Origin: Planctomycetota bacterium
Lineage (GTDB): Bacteria; Planctomycetota; Planctomycetia; Gemmatales; Gemmataceae
Assembly (NCBI GenBank): GCA_041180805.1
Contig: JBEGQX010000365.1
Span: 28,359 to 92,358 of the forward strand
Direction of reading: 5' to 3'
DNA length: 64,000 nucleotides
Positions within the stretch are counted from its first letter, which is position 1. Every line of letters starts with the position of its first letter. The notes under the pieces are model-generated. The model saw nothing but the letters and a program-made list of their open reading frames with translations. It ran no database searches and was not told the DNA's origin. Positions 1 through 9,812 of this stretch are shown here, piece by piece. A program made the translations under genes and the position numbers.

Positions 1-50
1 GATTCAGGAACCCTTGGTTTCCGAATCCGTTATTTAATAACCCACCCAAA

Positions 51-75
51 GCAGCCCTCCTCCAAAGAGGGCTGC
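51..75. terminator. GC-rich hairpin (possible terminator of a gene outside the window)
   Basis: Perfect 9-bp inverted repeat GCAGCCCTC (51-59) / GAGGGCTGC (67-75) with a 7-nt loop. Flanked by CCCAAA upstream, which reads as a short T-run on the minus strand. No T-run on the plus strand. Confidence 0.3.
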
Positions 76-104
76 ATTCGCAATCAACAACCGGGATTCG
101 CATC

Positions 105-2552
105 ATGAATAACAGCATTTCAAGATTTTTACTGGCATTTGTGGGGTTTGCTGGAATAACACTCTCTTTAACTGCTGCTTCCCCTAATCTTGGCTCCGTG
201 CTGCCCCGTGGTGCGCAGCGTGGCACTGAGGTTGAAGTTACATTTACTGGTGCCCGCCTGGAAGATGCCAAAGAACTGCTCTTTTACAAAAAGGGCATCG
301 AAACCACCAAGCTTACGCCTGTCAATGCAAACCAATTCAAAGCCACTCTTAAGGTTGAACCAAACGCTGACCTTGGCGAATATGGTGTTCGTGTACGCAC
401 CGCTACCGGCATCAGCGAATTGAGAACCTTTTACGTGGGGGCACTACCTGTTATTCAGGAGAAAGAACCCAACAGTGAGTTCTCCACCCCCCAAAAAATC
501 GACATGAATGTGACGGTTCATGGGGTTGTTTCCAATGAAGACGCCGATTATTTTTTGGTAGAGGCTAAAAAAGGACAGCGCATCAGCGCCGAGGTGGAAG
601 GCATGCGCCTGGGGACCACCGTATTTGATCCTTTCGTAGCAATTATTAACATGAAACGATTTGAGTTAAATTCCCGGGATGACGCCCCGATGACTTTGCA
701 AGATTGTTTCGCCTCAATCGTTGCTCCCGAGGATGGCACTTATGTGATACTGGTTCGAGAAAGTGCTTATGGTGGCAATGGTAATTGTTATTACAGACTG
801 CATGTTGGGAATTTTCCCAGGCCAACAGGTGTATACCCAACCGGAGGTCAGGCTGGTCAGGAATTGGAAGTGACTTTCCTTGGGGACCCTGCTGGCTCCT
901 TCAAGCAAAAAATCAAGCTTCCTACTGTGGCTGATCCCGACTATCGCGTTTTTGCCCAGGATGCGGGTGGAATTTGTCCCTCAGGCATCAAATTCAGCAT
1001 CTCTAATCATCCTAACGCCTTCGAGGTTGAACCTAATGACACTCCAGCGACTGCTAATGCTGTCGCATTTCCCGCCGCTTTTAACGGGGTGATTGAAAAA
1101 GTTGGCGATGTGGATTGCTTCAAATTTCATGGGGTTAAGGGTGCTTTTGATGTTCGCTGCATTGCCAGAAAACAGGGCTCGCCATTAGATCCAATTATGA
1201 CTCTTTCCCTGGCTGGTGCTGGAAATGTAGCATCAAACGATGACTCTGGTGGCCCAGACAGCTATTTCAGGGTAAATCTTGATGACAAGGATTACCTCCT
1301 GACGATTTCCGACCATTTAAAGAAAGGTGGCCCTGATTACACTTACAGGGTTGAATTCACACCTGTTCAGGGTTCCACATTTGTTCAAATTCCGAAGGTT
1401 GCTCAGTATTCCCAGGAACGACAGGTGATTTCTGTACCAAAGGGAAATCGATTTGCCACATTGATGACTGTTCAAAGAAGAGATTTAGCAGGCGATTTAA
1501 AGCTTATCGCGGAAAATCTTCCTGCGGGAATTTCCATGCATGTTGATCCAATCCTGAATGGGATTGATTCCATGGCTGTCGTATTTGAAGCCTCTCCACA
1601 GGCGAACATCGGAGGTAATCTTGCTGAAATCAAGGCATTACCAGCAGATACTAATGTTCCTTGCAAAACTGAGTTTCATACCAATGCAGAGCTTACCTTC
1701 GGGAATCCCGGCCAGTCCATTTACTGGCGTTTCAACATGTCCAAACTAGGCATTGCGGTAACCGAGGAGTCCCCTTACTCCATAGAGGTTATCGAACCCA
1801 AGGCTCCACTGGTTCAGAATGGTAGTGTCAAAATCAAGGTGGTTGCCAAGCGAAAAGAAGGCTTTAAAGGGGCTATCAATGTCATCCCTGTTTACAACGC
1901 TCCGGGCATTGGCACTGTCTCCTCCATCACCATCCCCGAAAATCAGAACGAAGGCTTCTTTACGATGAATGCGAATGGCAATGCCCAAGCCCGCAAATGG
2001 AAAACATCGCTGCTGGCGAATGCGGCCACCCCGGGGGGAACGGTTTGGGTTTCCTCTCAATTGTTCAGCATTGAAATCGCACCGCCTTTTGTTGCAGCCA
2101 AACTTGAAAGAGTCGCTGTGGAGCAAGGTAAATCTGGTGAGATCGTATGCAAACTTACAAACAATACCCCTTTCGAGGGCGATGGAAAAATTGAGCTTGT
2201 AGGGTTGCCCCCAAAAGTTGTTGTAAAATCCATGGATTTCAAAAATGACACCAAAGAAGTTGTTTTCAAAGTGGAAGTAGACCCGGCTTCGCCAATAGGC
2301 AACCACAAGAATATTGTTTGCGCAGCCACGGTGCATAAAAGTGGGGAAGAAGTTGCCCACACCCTTGGAAGAACGGAAATACGGATAGACCCACCCGCGG
2401 CTCCCAAGGTTACTGCAAATGCGCCAATGCAAAATGCCACTGAGAAACCTGCCACACCGAACGCCCCTGAAAAAAGGCTGAGTCGGTTGGAAAAGCTGCG
2501 ACTTGAGCAGGAAGAACGCGAAAAGTCCCAAAAAACCGAACCTAAGAAATAA
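105..2552 (+). CDS. Secreted protein with two pre-peptidase C-terminal (PPC)-type domains and a K/E/P-rich tail
   Basis: 815-aa ORF with a signal peptide (MNNSISRFLLAFVGFAGITLSLTAAS). Two segments follow the PPC pattern EPN-x..D-x-D-x-F: EKEPNSEF...DADYFLV and EVEPNDTPATA...DVDCFKF. Low-complexity C-terminus. The next gene starts 20 nt downstream on the same strand. Confidence 0.6.
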   Translation: MNNSISRFLLAFVGFAGITLSLTAASPNLGSVLPRGAQRGTEVEVTFTGARLEDAKELLFYKKGIETTKLTPVNANQFKATLKVEPNADLGEYGVRVRTATGISELRTFYVGALPVIQEKEPNSEFSTPQKIDMNVTVHGVVSNEDADYFLVEAKKGQRISAEVEGMRLGTTVFDPFVAIINMKRFELNSRDDAPMTLQDCFASIVAPEDGTYVILVRESAYGGNGNCYYRLHVGNFPRPTGVYPTGGQAGQELEVTFLGDPAGSFKQKIKLPTVADPDYRVFAQDAGGICPSGIKFSISNHPNAFEVEPNDTPATANAVAFPAAFNGVIEKVGDVDCFKFHGVKGAFDVRCIARKQGSPLDPIMTLSLAGAGNVASNDDSGGPDSYFRVNLDDKDYLLTISDHLKKGGPDYTYRVEFTPVQGSTFVQIPKVAQYSQERQVISVPKGNRFATLMTVQRRDLAGDLKLIAENLPAGISMHVDPILNGIDSMAVVFEASPQANIGGNLAEIKALPADTNVPCKTEFHTNAELTFGNPGQSIYWRFNMSKLGIAVTEESPYSIEVIEPKAPLVQNGSVKIKVVAKRKEGFKGAINVIPVYNAPGIGTVSSITIPENQNEGFFTMNANGNAQARKWKTSLLANAATPGGTVWVSSQLFSIEIAPPFVAAKLERVAVEQGKSGEIVCKLTNNTPFEGDGKIELVGLPPKVVVKSMDFKNDTKEVVFKVEVDPASPIGNHKNIVCAATVHKSGEEVAHTLGRTEIRIDPPAAPKVTANAPMQNATEKPATPNAPEKRLSRLEKLRLEQEEREKSQKTEPKK

Positions 2553-2572
2553 CCATAAAGCGGAGCAATAAC

Positions 2573-4999
2573 ATGAATTCCAATTCAATGTTTACTTTTG
2601 GAGCAAGCCTGTTGATGCTTGCTGGCAGCTTTGTAAGCGCCAACACCTTGACGAACATTGCAGTATTTCCACCCGAAGTGAACATACAAACCAACCGGGG
2701 TATGCAACGGGTGCTAGTTCAGGCCAGTTTTGATGATGGCATCACCGAGGATGTCACATCCAAGGCAAAAATCACCATCAGCGATCCAAAAGTCGCGAAA
2801 TTGGAAAATGGAATTGTTCGTCCTGTGTCAGATGGTAAATGCACCATCGATGTAAGCTATGAGGGAAAAACAACAAAAATTCCCCTGGATGTCAAACAAG
2901 CTCAGGCAGATCGTCCCATCAGTTTTAAACTTGATGTTATGCCAATTTTCATGAGAACAGGTTGCAATCAGGGTGGTTGCCATGGTGCCGCCAGAGGCAA
3001 AGATGGTTTCCGTCTTTCGCTCTTCGGCTTTGACCCCGACGGCGATCACTACAGATTGACCCGTGAATTAAATGGCAGACGCATCAACCTGGCAATTCCT
3101 GAAGAAAGTCTTCTTGTGGAAAAAGGCGCTGGTAAAGTTCCCCACACCGGAGGCCAGAAATTTGCGGTGGGAGATCAATACTTCAACGAAATCATTCGCT
3201 GGCTTGACGCTGGCGCTCCGGTGGATTCAGCTTCCATCGCCACCCCTCTTAGCATTGATGTATACCCCAACAAAGTGGTCATGAATGGCAAGGGTAGCAC
3301 CCAGCAAATTGTGGTACGGGCCAAGTACAGCGACGGTTCGGAAAGGGATGTCACATCACTTTCTTTGTTCATGAGCAACAACGACAGCAGCGCCAAAATA
3401 TCTCCAGATGGCCTTGTAACCGCTGGTGACCGTGGCGAAGCATTCATCATGGCAAGGTTTCACACCTTTACCGTAGGCTCCCAATTCATTGTTCTTCCAA
3501 AGGATCTGAAGTTCAATTTTCCCCAATCCCAGGAAAAGAATTACATCGACACCCTGGTGAACGCAAAGCTTAAAAACCTTCGCATAACACCTTCCGAGGT
3601 ATGCTCGGATGAAGCATTCCTTCGCAGGGTTTATGTTGACTTGAATGGCATTCTGCCGACCGTGGAAGAATTCCAAAAGTTCATGGCGAATAAGGCACCC
3701 AACAAAAGAGAGCAACTTGTCGAAGAACTTCTTGCGAAAAAAGAATTCGCGGAAATGTGGGTTCTCAAATGGGCCGAACTTTTGCAAATCCGAAGTTCCA
3801 ACGATGTTAGCTACAAATCCACTTTGCTTTATTACAACTGGTTGCAGGATCGTATTGCCCGTAATGTTCCATTTAACCAGTGGGTGCAGGAACTCCTCGG
3901 CGCCAGTGGTGGAACTTTCAAAAACCCGGCAACGAACTATTACCAGAATGAACGCGACATTTTAAAGGTAACGGAAAATGTTGCCCAGGTTTTCATGGGT
4001 ATGCGCATTCAATGCGCCCAGTGTCATAATCATCCTTTCGATCGCTGGACCATGGATGATTACTATGGATTTGCCGCCTTTTTCTGCCAGATTGGAAGAA
4101 AAGGGACTGATGACCCCCGTGAATTGACCGTATTCAACAGTGGCAATGGCGAGGTTCGTCATCCAGTTGGAAACCGTGTGATGGCTCCCAAGTTCCTGGG
4201 AGGCAGCACGGCCGATGTTGCAGGAAAGGATCGCAGGCAGGTGATGGCCAACTGGCTCGCATCTCCGGAGAATCCTTACTTTGCCACCAACTTATCAAAC
4301 ATCGTTTGGGCGCATTTCTTTGGAATTGGCATTATCAATGAAGTGGACGATGTAAGGGTGAGCAATCCGGCTTCCAATCAGGAATTGCTTAATGAGATGG
4401 GCAAAAAGTTCACGGAATACAATTACGACTTCAAAAAACTTGTTCGAGATATTTGCAATTCCAACACCTATCAGAGAAGTACCAAGGCAAATGAATCGAA
4501 TGATTCTGATTTGAAAAATTTCAGTCATGCCTATATTCGTCGAATCAAGGCTGAGACATTCCTGGATTGCATCAGCCAGGTGACGGAAACCAAGAATAAG
4601 TTTCCAGGTCTTCCTCTTGGCGCCCGTGCCGTGCAAATTGCCGATGGCCAGGTTTCCAATTACTTCCTGACGACATTTGGCAGAGCAACCCGAGAATCCG
4701 TTTGCTCCTGCGAAGTAAAATTGGAACCCACCTTGAGCCAAAGCCTTCATTTACTGAATGGCGATGCCACCACCCAAAGAATCAACCAGGGAAATCTGGT
4801 GGGACGCCTTCTCAAGGAAAAGAAAGCACCCGAAGAAATCCTGAATGAAATTTACATTCGCTGCCTGTCACGCCTTCCATCAGCAGATGAAAAGAAAAAA
4901 GTTCTCGCCTTGGTAACCGCGGAAACAGACAAAAAGAGAGCTCTTGATGATGCTTTCTGGGCGGTTCTGAATACCCGCGAATTCATGTTTAATCATTAA
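2573..4999 (+). CDS. Ig-like (Big_2-type) + DUF1549/DUF1553 domain protein
   Basis: 808-aa ORF with a signal peptide. Carries CNQGGCHG and QCAQCHNHPFDRW motifs and the family-typical C-terminal ending NTREFMFNH. Two Ig-like segments flank the first Cys motif. Confidence 0.8.
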   Translation: MNSNSMFTFGASLLMLAGSFVSANTLTNIAVFPPEVNIQTNRGMQRVLVQASFDDGITEDVTSKAKITISDPKVAKLENGIVRPVSDGKCTIDVSYEGKTTKIPLDVKQAQADRPISFKLDVMPIFMRTGCNQGGCHGAARGKDGFRLSLFGFDPDGDHYRLTRELNGRRINLAIPEESLLVEKGAGKVPHTGGQKFAVGDQYFNEIIRWLDAGAPVDSASIATPLSIDVYPNKVVMNGKGSTQQIVVRAKYSDGSERDVTSLSLFMSNNDSSAKISPDGLVTAGDRGEAFIMARFHTFTVGSQFIVLPKDLKFNFPQSQEKNYIDTLVNAKLKNLRITPSEVCSDEAFLRRVYVDLNGILPTVEEFQKFMANKAPNKREQLVEELLAKKEFAEMWVLKWAELLQIRSSNDVSYKSTLLYYNWLQDRIARNVPFNQWVQELLGASGGTFKNPATNYYQNERDILKVTENVAQVFMGMRIQCAQCHNHPFDRWTMDDYYGFAAFFCQIGRKGTDDPRELTVFNSGNGEVRHPVGNRVMAPKFLGGSTADVAGKDRRQVMANWLASPENPYFATNLSNIVWAHFFGIGIINEVDDVRVSNPASNQELLNEMGKKFTEYNYDFKKLVRDICNSNTYQRSTKANESNDSDLKNFSHAYIRRIKAETFLDCISQVTETKNKFPGLPLGARAVQIADGQVSNYFLTTFGRATRESVCSCEVKLEPTLSQSLHLLNGDATTQRINQGNLVGRLLKEKKAPEEILNEIYIRCLSRLPSADEKKKVLALVTAETDKKRALDDAFWAVLNTREFMFNH

Positions 5000-5017
5000 A
5001 ATATCGGAGCCATAACC

Positions 5018-7081
5018 ATGGTTCGTTCCACCATTCTTGCCGGCTTGGTAATTGTTCTTGGAGTTGGTTCCGCGCAGGCACAACCTGCAGGAAAAAAGGT
5101 CAATTTCCAGGAACACATTCTTCCATTCTTTCAGGACAAGTGCATAGGCTGCCACAACCAGGACAAAAAAAGTGCTGGTGTGATTCTGAACAGCTACAGC
5201 AAAATTCTTGAGGGTGGCAGTTCCGGGGCAATTGTAAAGTCTGGAGATGCGGAAGGAAGTTCCCTTTACCAGGTGGTTGCCCACAAGGCTGAACCGATTA
5301 TGCCACCAAAGTCACCTAAAGTTGCTGATGCTTCCATTCAATTGCTAGAAAAGTGGATCAAAGAAGGATTATTGGAAACGCCCACTGGCAAACCAATGGC
5401 CCTTAACAAGCCCACTGGTGAAATCGCATTGGGAACCGTCCGCCGGGGCAAGCCGGAAGGCCCTCCTCCCATGCCTGAAAAGCCGCTTTCTTTGGAACCC
5501 ACTGTGATTACCAAGCGGGGAAATGCTGTTACCGCAATTGCTGCAAGTCCATGGGCACCTCTCCTTGCAGTCGGCGGGCAAAAACAGATTATTCTTTATA
5601 ACACCGATACGTTGGAATTCTTAGGAGTACTCCCATATACCGAAGGGTTTCCCAATGTTCTGAAATTCAGCCGAAATGGCGGATTTTTGCTTGCCGGAGG
5701 TGGAAGAGGCGGCAAGTCAGGTTCTGCCAGTCTCTACAACATTAAGACAGGTGAAAAAGTTTTCACGGTAGGTCAGGAAGCTGATGCGGTGCTTGCCGCG
5801 GATATTAGCCCGGATCAAACACAAATTGCATTGGGTGGCCCAAGCAAGGTTGTTCGCGTTTATTCGACAACCGATGGAAAACTTCTTCATGAAATTCGAA
5901 AACACACGGATTGGGTAACCTCCATTGAATACAGCCCAGACGGCGTATTGCTTGCATCCGGTGATCGAAATGGAAACCTTTTCATTTGGGAATCCCACAA
6001 TGGCAAGGAATATTTCACCTTAAAGGGTCACACCAATTGCATTAATGATATTTCTTGGAGAGCCGATGGAAATGTTCTTTCTTCTGTTAGTGAGGATGGA
6101 ACATTAAGGCTTTGGGAAATGGAAAATGGTACCCAAATTAAATCTGTAGCCTCCCATGCGGGTGGCGCACAGGGCTTGGTTTTTCATAGGGATGGTAACA
6201 TTTTCACCAGTGGCAGGGATAAGCTTCCCAAAGCTTGGAAAACAGATGCCACCGCAATTCGTAACATGGAAGCCACAGCCGAAATTGCCTTAAAACTTGC
6301 CGTTTCTCATGATGCCCATCGCATATTTGTTGGTGATTGGGATGGGAACATCCTCGCCTATAATGTGGCAGATGGAAAGAAAATCGATACTCTCGCAAGC
6401 AATCCTCCGGCTTTAAAAGACCGTCTGGATTCTGCCGCCAAAGAAATAGCCTCCCTGAAGGAGCAGATTCAAAAACAAAAGGCTGAAGCTGCAGCAATTA
6501 CAGCACAGGAAACCAAGGCCAAAACCGATTTGGCAAATATGCAAAAATCACTGGCGGATGCAAACCAATTGGTAAAAGATGGGCCTGCCAAGGTTAAGGA
6601 GGCCCAGCAAGTGATCAGCAAAGCATTGGCTCTTCAAACTCAGGCAGCCAATGAAATGAAATCCAGAGAAGTTTTGATAAGCACACTTGGGGAAAGTGCA
6701 AAACGTATACAAGATTTGGCCAATCAAAACAAACAAGATGGATCGTATCCCAGAAGCTTGCAGCTTTTAAATGAAACCATAGCCAAACTGCGACAAGAAT
6801 TACCTGCCTTACAGGCGGTAAATCAGGAAAAGTTGAAAGCCCATACACAGGCTAATGCTGACCTGAAGGATTTGCAGGCCAAAATTGCTGCATCACAACC
6901 CCAAATAGCCGCAATTCCGAAGCAAATTGAAGCCCAACAAAAGGCTTTAGCAGCCATTCAGGCGCAAATTTCCCCCAAGAATGCCGCTGTTGCCGAACTG
7001 GAAAAGCTTGTTACCTTCAAGGAGGCAGCACTTCAAAAGTATAAAGCTGCCGCAACTCTGGCCAAAACAGCGAAATCCTAA
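5018..7081 (+). CDS. Planctomycete cytochrome-c domain (CxxCH) - WD40 repeat - coiled-coil protein
   Basis: 687 aa with a signal peptide. CIGCHN heme-binding-type motif in a PSCyt1-like N-domain. WD40 repeats are visible (HTDWVTSIEYSPDG, GDRNGNLFIWE, DGTLRLWE). The last ~220 aa are Q/A/K-rich heptad-like coiled coil. The gene starts 18 nt after the previous gene. Confidence 0.75.
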   Translation: MVRSTILAGLVIVLGVGSAQAQPAGKKVNFQEHILPFFQDKCIGCHNQDKKSAGVILNSYSKILEGGSSGAIVKSGDAEGSSLYQVVAHKAEPIMPPKSPKVADASIQLLEKWIKEGLLETPTGKPMALNKPTGEIALGTVRRGKPEGPPPMPEKPLSLEPTVITKRGNAVTAIAASPWAPLLAVGGQKQIILYNTDTLEFLGVLPYTEGFPNVLKFSRNGGFLLAGGGRGGKSGSASLYNIKTGEKVFTVGQEADAVLAADISPDQTQIALGGPSKVVRVYSTTDGKLLHEIRKHTDWVTSIEYSPDGVLLASGDRNGNLFIWESHNGKEYFTLKGHTNCINDISWRADGNVLSSVSEDGTLRLWEMENGTQIKSVASHAGGAQGLVFHRDGNIFTSGRDKLPKAWKTDATAIRNMEATAEIALKLAVSHDAHRIFVGDWDGNILAYNVADGKKIDTLASNPPALKDRLDSAAKEIASLKEQIQKQKAEAAAITAQETKAKTDLANMQKSLADANQLVKDGPAKVKEAQQVISKALALQTQAANEMKSREVLISTLGESAKRIQDLANQNKQDGSYPRSLQLLNETIAKLRQELPALQAVNQEKLKAHTQANADLKDLQAKIAASQPQIAAIPKQIEAQQKALAAIQAQISPKNAAVAELEKLVTFKEAALQKYKAAATLAKTAKS

Positions 7082-7124
7082 TATCTTAGCTTTTCATTGA
7101 AAATCATTAATTTTGGGGTTACCC

Positions 7125-7370
7125 ATGGGTACATCAAGAAAGCTCCGCAAGACTTTACAGCAGTTGGATCAGCGTATGTCTCGGAGCAATAATAGCGCCA
7201 GAAAAATCAAGGAACGAACCAGAAAGAACACCAGGTTAGTAAAGGCATTAAAATCAGGTAAACTGCCTTACACTCCCACCGTTATGAGCTGGCTATCACA
7301 AGCAATCGAAAAACCATCCAGCCAGATTGTACAGGCTGATGTGGAAAAGTTTGTGGCAAGCTCCAAGTAA
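7125..7370 (+). CDS. Small basic hypothetical protein
   Basis: ATG at 7125 inside the 7113 TTG-initiated track ORF. The protein is K/R-rich (MGTSRKLRKTLQQLDQRMSRSNNSARKIKERTRKNTR...). No recognisable motif. Confidence 0.35.
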   Translation: MGTSRKLRKTLQQLDQRMSRSNNSARKIKERTRKNTRLVKALKSGKLPYTPTVMSWLSQAIEKPSSQIVQADVEKFVASSK

Positions 7371-7377
7371 GTATGTC

Positions 7378-7713
7378 TTATTTCAGGTGTTCTTCGCAGT
7401 AAGCGGCCTGATAGGGTATTAATGGAATAACTCCAAAAAACCTCACCCAAGCCTTACCAAGGCCTACGGCGGGGTTTATGCATTTACAGCATGTTTTTGG
7501 CAATCCCTCCCTGTCCCACAAGATTTTTTCCTTCCAAAGGGTTTCGTGGGTTAGAATTTGACTCGGGGTGATACCCCTGCTGGAAAGTTCATTCTCAAAG
7601 ATTACAAGTGCTTCCGCTTCCATGCCTTTGCGGTAAAAAGTAACCCTGTCCAGTAGCTCTCTGGTGGGAGCTTTTTTGGCGAAATTTTCAACTTTGGAGG
7701 CATTCAAATACAC
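7378..7713 (-). CDS. Hypothetical protein
   Basis: 111-aa ORF convergent with the previous gene. No motif recognised. Four Cys residues near the C-terminus (CCKC...C). Confidence 0.4.
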   Translation of the reverse strand: MYLNASKVENFAKKAPTRELLDRVTFYRKGMEAEALVIFENELSSRGITPSQILTHETLWKEKILWDREGLPKTCCKCINPAVGLGKAWVRFFGVIPLIPYQAAYCEEHLK

Positions 7714-7870
7714 AGAATTATGGAACCTTTCCTTTAAATCCCAAGTCTAAAGTACAATTGGAGATTTAAGGGAATTTCCCGGAAGTGTAAATAGAATTTC
7801 CCTTGTTCAGAATGTCTTGTTGGGTGATAATTTAAAGAAGGTTCATAGTCGCTTTTACGAGGATAATGCC

Positions 7871-9703
7871 ATGGCATGGAAATCGAGTCTTCGAAGTCTG
7901 ATAAGCTTCAAGGTTCTTGGTGGATTGGCTTTGGGTGCCGGATTTGTTTTCACCCAGGGGATTGGTTTAAGCCAGGAAAAAGCAGCCAAGGATTCCTCCA
8001 AAAAGGAAGCTTCCAAAGATAAGGAAGCAACCAAGGAAAAAGAATCCAAAGAGGGCACCGAAAAGGCCGCTCCATCGATTCCCTGGCCAACTTTTCCAAA
8101 ACTGAAAATCGTCGGCAAGACACCTGAAGAAAAACAGGTCACCGAACAGATCGTAAAAGCCATCAACCAGAAATTGGATGCATCTTGGAAGGAAAACAAG
8201 ATTGTCCCTTCAGGCTTCATCGATGACTACGAATTCATCCGAAGGGTTTCCCTGGACATTGTCGGAAGAATTGCAAGCTTGGAAGAAATTTCCAAGTATA
8301 TGCGTTATCCTCAAGAAAGTCGAAGATCACAAGTCATTGAAGATTTGCTTGCAAGCGAAGACTATCCAAGGCACTGGGCAAACCACTGGTCCAATTGGTT
8401 ATTGAGTCGCAGCGGAATTTTTGGCAAGGGCAAGTATCACGAAGAAATGACGGTATGGCTCGAAGATCAGTTTGCCCAAAACCGCCCCTACCATGAATTG
8501 ATGAAAGATTTGGTAACGGCCACCGGTAAAAATAATGAGAATGCTTCTGTTAACTTCATTCTTGCCCACCTTGGTGAAACAGTTCCACCTGCTAAAAGAG
8601 CCGAAGAAGGTCAGTTCGAAATGGTGCCTATCACCTCTCGAATCACCCGACTTTTCCTTGGCATTCAAATGCAATGCGCGCAATGCCATGACCATCCTTT
8701 CAATAATGCGATCACCCAAAAACATTTCTGGGGTATCAACACCTTCCTCCGCCAGGTGGAACGTGAGGGAACTCCACCTAATATTGAAAACATGAACAGA
8801 GCGATGACATTGCCCACATTGGGCCTCAAAGAAAACTCAAGTGCAAATTCCCAGGGCATTGTTTATTACGAAAAACGAAACGGCGTGATTTTGCCTACCC
8901 GAGCGTCTTTTATGGAGGATAAGAAGCTTTCAGGTTCTGCCCCAAGGCGTGAGCAGCTAGCTTCCTTCATTGCCGAGCATGAAAACTTCCAGAAATCACT
9001 TGCCAACCGCATGTGGGGTGTCTTCTTCGGAAGAGGATTCACCAACCCGATTGATGATTTCAACGAACAAAACCTTCCCACCAACCCGGAACTTCTTGAT
9101 GAACTGGCTTCCAACTTCAAGAACTACAACTACGATTTGAAAAAACTCATTCGCTGGATTTGCAACAGCAACGCTTACAACCTGAGCTTTGTTGCCAACA
9201 AAACCAACGATAAGCCCGATGTTGAGGGATTGTTCAGCCGTATGTTGTTGAAATCCATGGGACCGGAACAACTTTTCGAATCCCTCATGACAGCAACCCG
9301 CGCAGAGGCTTCCGAGTCCAAGGATGCCAAACGTAACCTTCGTACCTCTTGGTTGAATAAGCTGGTCAGTAACTTTGGGGATGATGAAGGAAATGAAGTC
9401 AACTTCAATGGTACTGTTGTTCAGGCTCTTTTAATGATGAATGGCGCCGACATTAACGAAGCTATTGGCCGCAAAGATAAAGGCACGGTGGCAATGGTCA
9501 TGGCTAAAAACCGTGGTAACCAAAATGGAATCGTTAATGATCTATATCTTGCCACGCTGAACCGACCTGCCAAACCATCGGAAGTTGCGAAAGCCAAAGC
9601 AGGTTTTCCGCTTCTGAAACTACGCGACAAGGATGTTCAAGCACCTTACCAGGATCTTTTCTGGGCTCTTTTGAACAGCAACGAATTCCTGTTGAATCAC
9701 TAA
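7871..9703 (+). CDS. DUF1549/DUF1553 domain protein
   Basis: ATG at 7871 follows GAGGA (the track ORF begins at a TTG at 7817). K/E-rich linker after the signal/TM segment. QCAQCHDHPF motif. C-terminal NSNEFLLNH matches the ending of the 2573-4999 paralog. Confidence 0.8.
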   Translation: MAWKSSLRSLISFKVLGGLALGAGFVFTQGIGLSQEKAAKDSSKKEASKDKEATKEKESKEGTEKAAPSIPWPTFPKLKIVGKTPEEKQVTEQIVKAINQKLDASWKENKIVPSGFIDDYEFIRRVSLDIVGRIASLEEISKYMRYPQESRRSQVIEDLLASEDYPRHWANHWSNWLLSRSGIFGKGKYHEEMTVWLEDQFAQNRPYHELMKDLVTATGKNNENASVNFILAHLGETVPPAKRAEEGQFEMVPITSRITRLFLGIQMQCAQCHDHPFNNAITQKHFWGINTFLRQVEREGTPPNIENMNRAMTLPTLGLKENSSANSQGIVYYEKRNGVILPTRASFMEDKKLSGSAPRREQLASFIAEHENFQKSLANRMWGVFFGRGFTNPIDDFNEQNLPTNPELLDELASNFKNYNYDLKKLIRWICNSNAYNLSFVANKTNDKPDVEGLFSRMLLKSMGPEQLFESLMTATRAEASESKDAKRNLRTSWLNKLVSNFGDDEGNEVNFNGTVVQALLMMNGADINEAIGRKDKGTVAMVMAKNRGNQNGIVNDLYLATLNRPAKPSEVAKAKAGFPLLKLRDKDVQAPYQDLFWALLNSNEFLLNH

Positions 9704-9744
9704 GAATTCGCCGACTTTATTCTTAAACTGGCTGGAAGCTTGAA

Positions 9745-9767
9745 AAGGCTTTCAGCCTTATTTTTTT
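9745..9767 (+). terminator. Rho-independent terminator
   Basis: AAGGCT (9745-9750) / AGCCTT (9754-9759) stem with a TTC loop, followed by A-TTTTTTT (9761-9767). Lies 42 nt after the stop of the DUF1553 gene. Confidence 0.6.
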
Positions 9768-9812
9768 AGAATTGATCTGACACACAATATAAGTTTCGGC
9801 TACGATACGCCC

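Noticed and set aside
1746-2588. 280-aa minus-strand ORF antisense to the end of the first gene
   Set aside because: It lies entirely inside a longer ORF that has a signal peptide and recognisable domains. Its translation is low-complexity and R/F/G-rich with no motif. It is a typical shadow ORF. The same reasoning applies to the other antisense track ORFs, for example 11086-11664, 12942-13382, 24708-25175, 26005-26475, 31197-31676 and 50484-50951.
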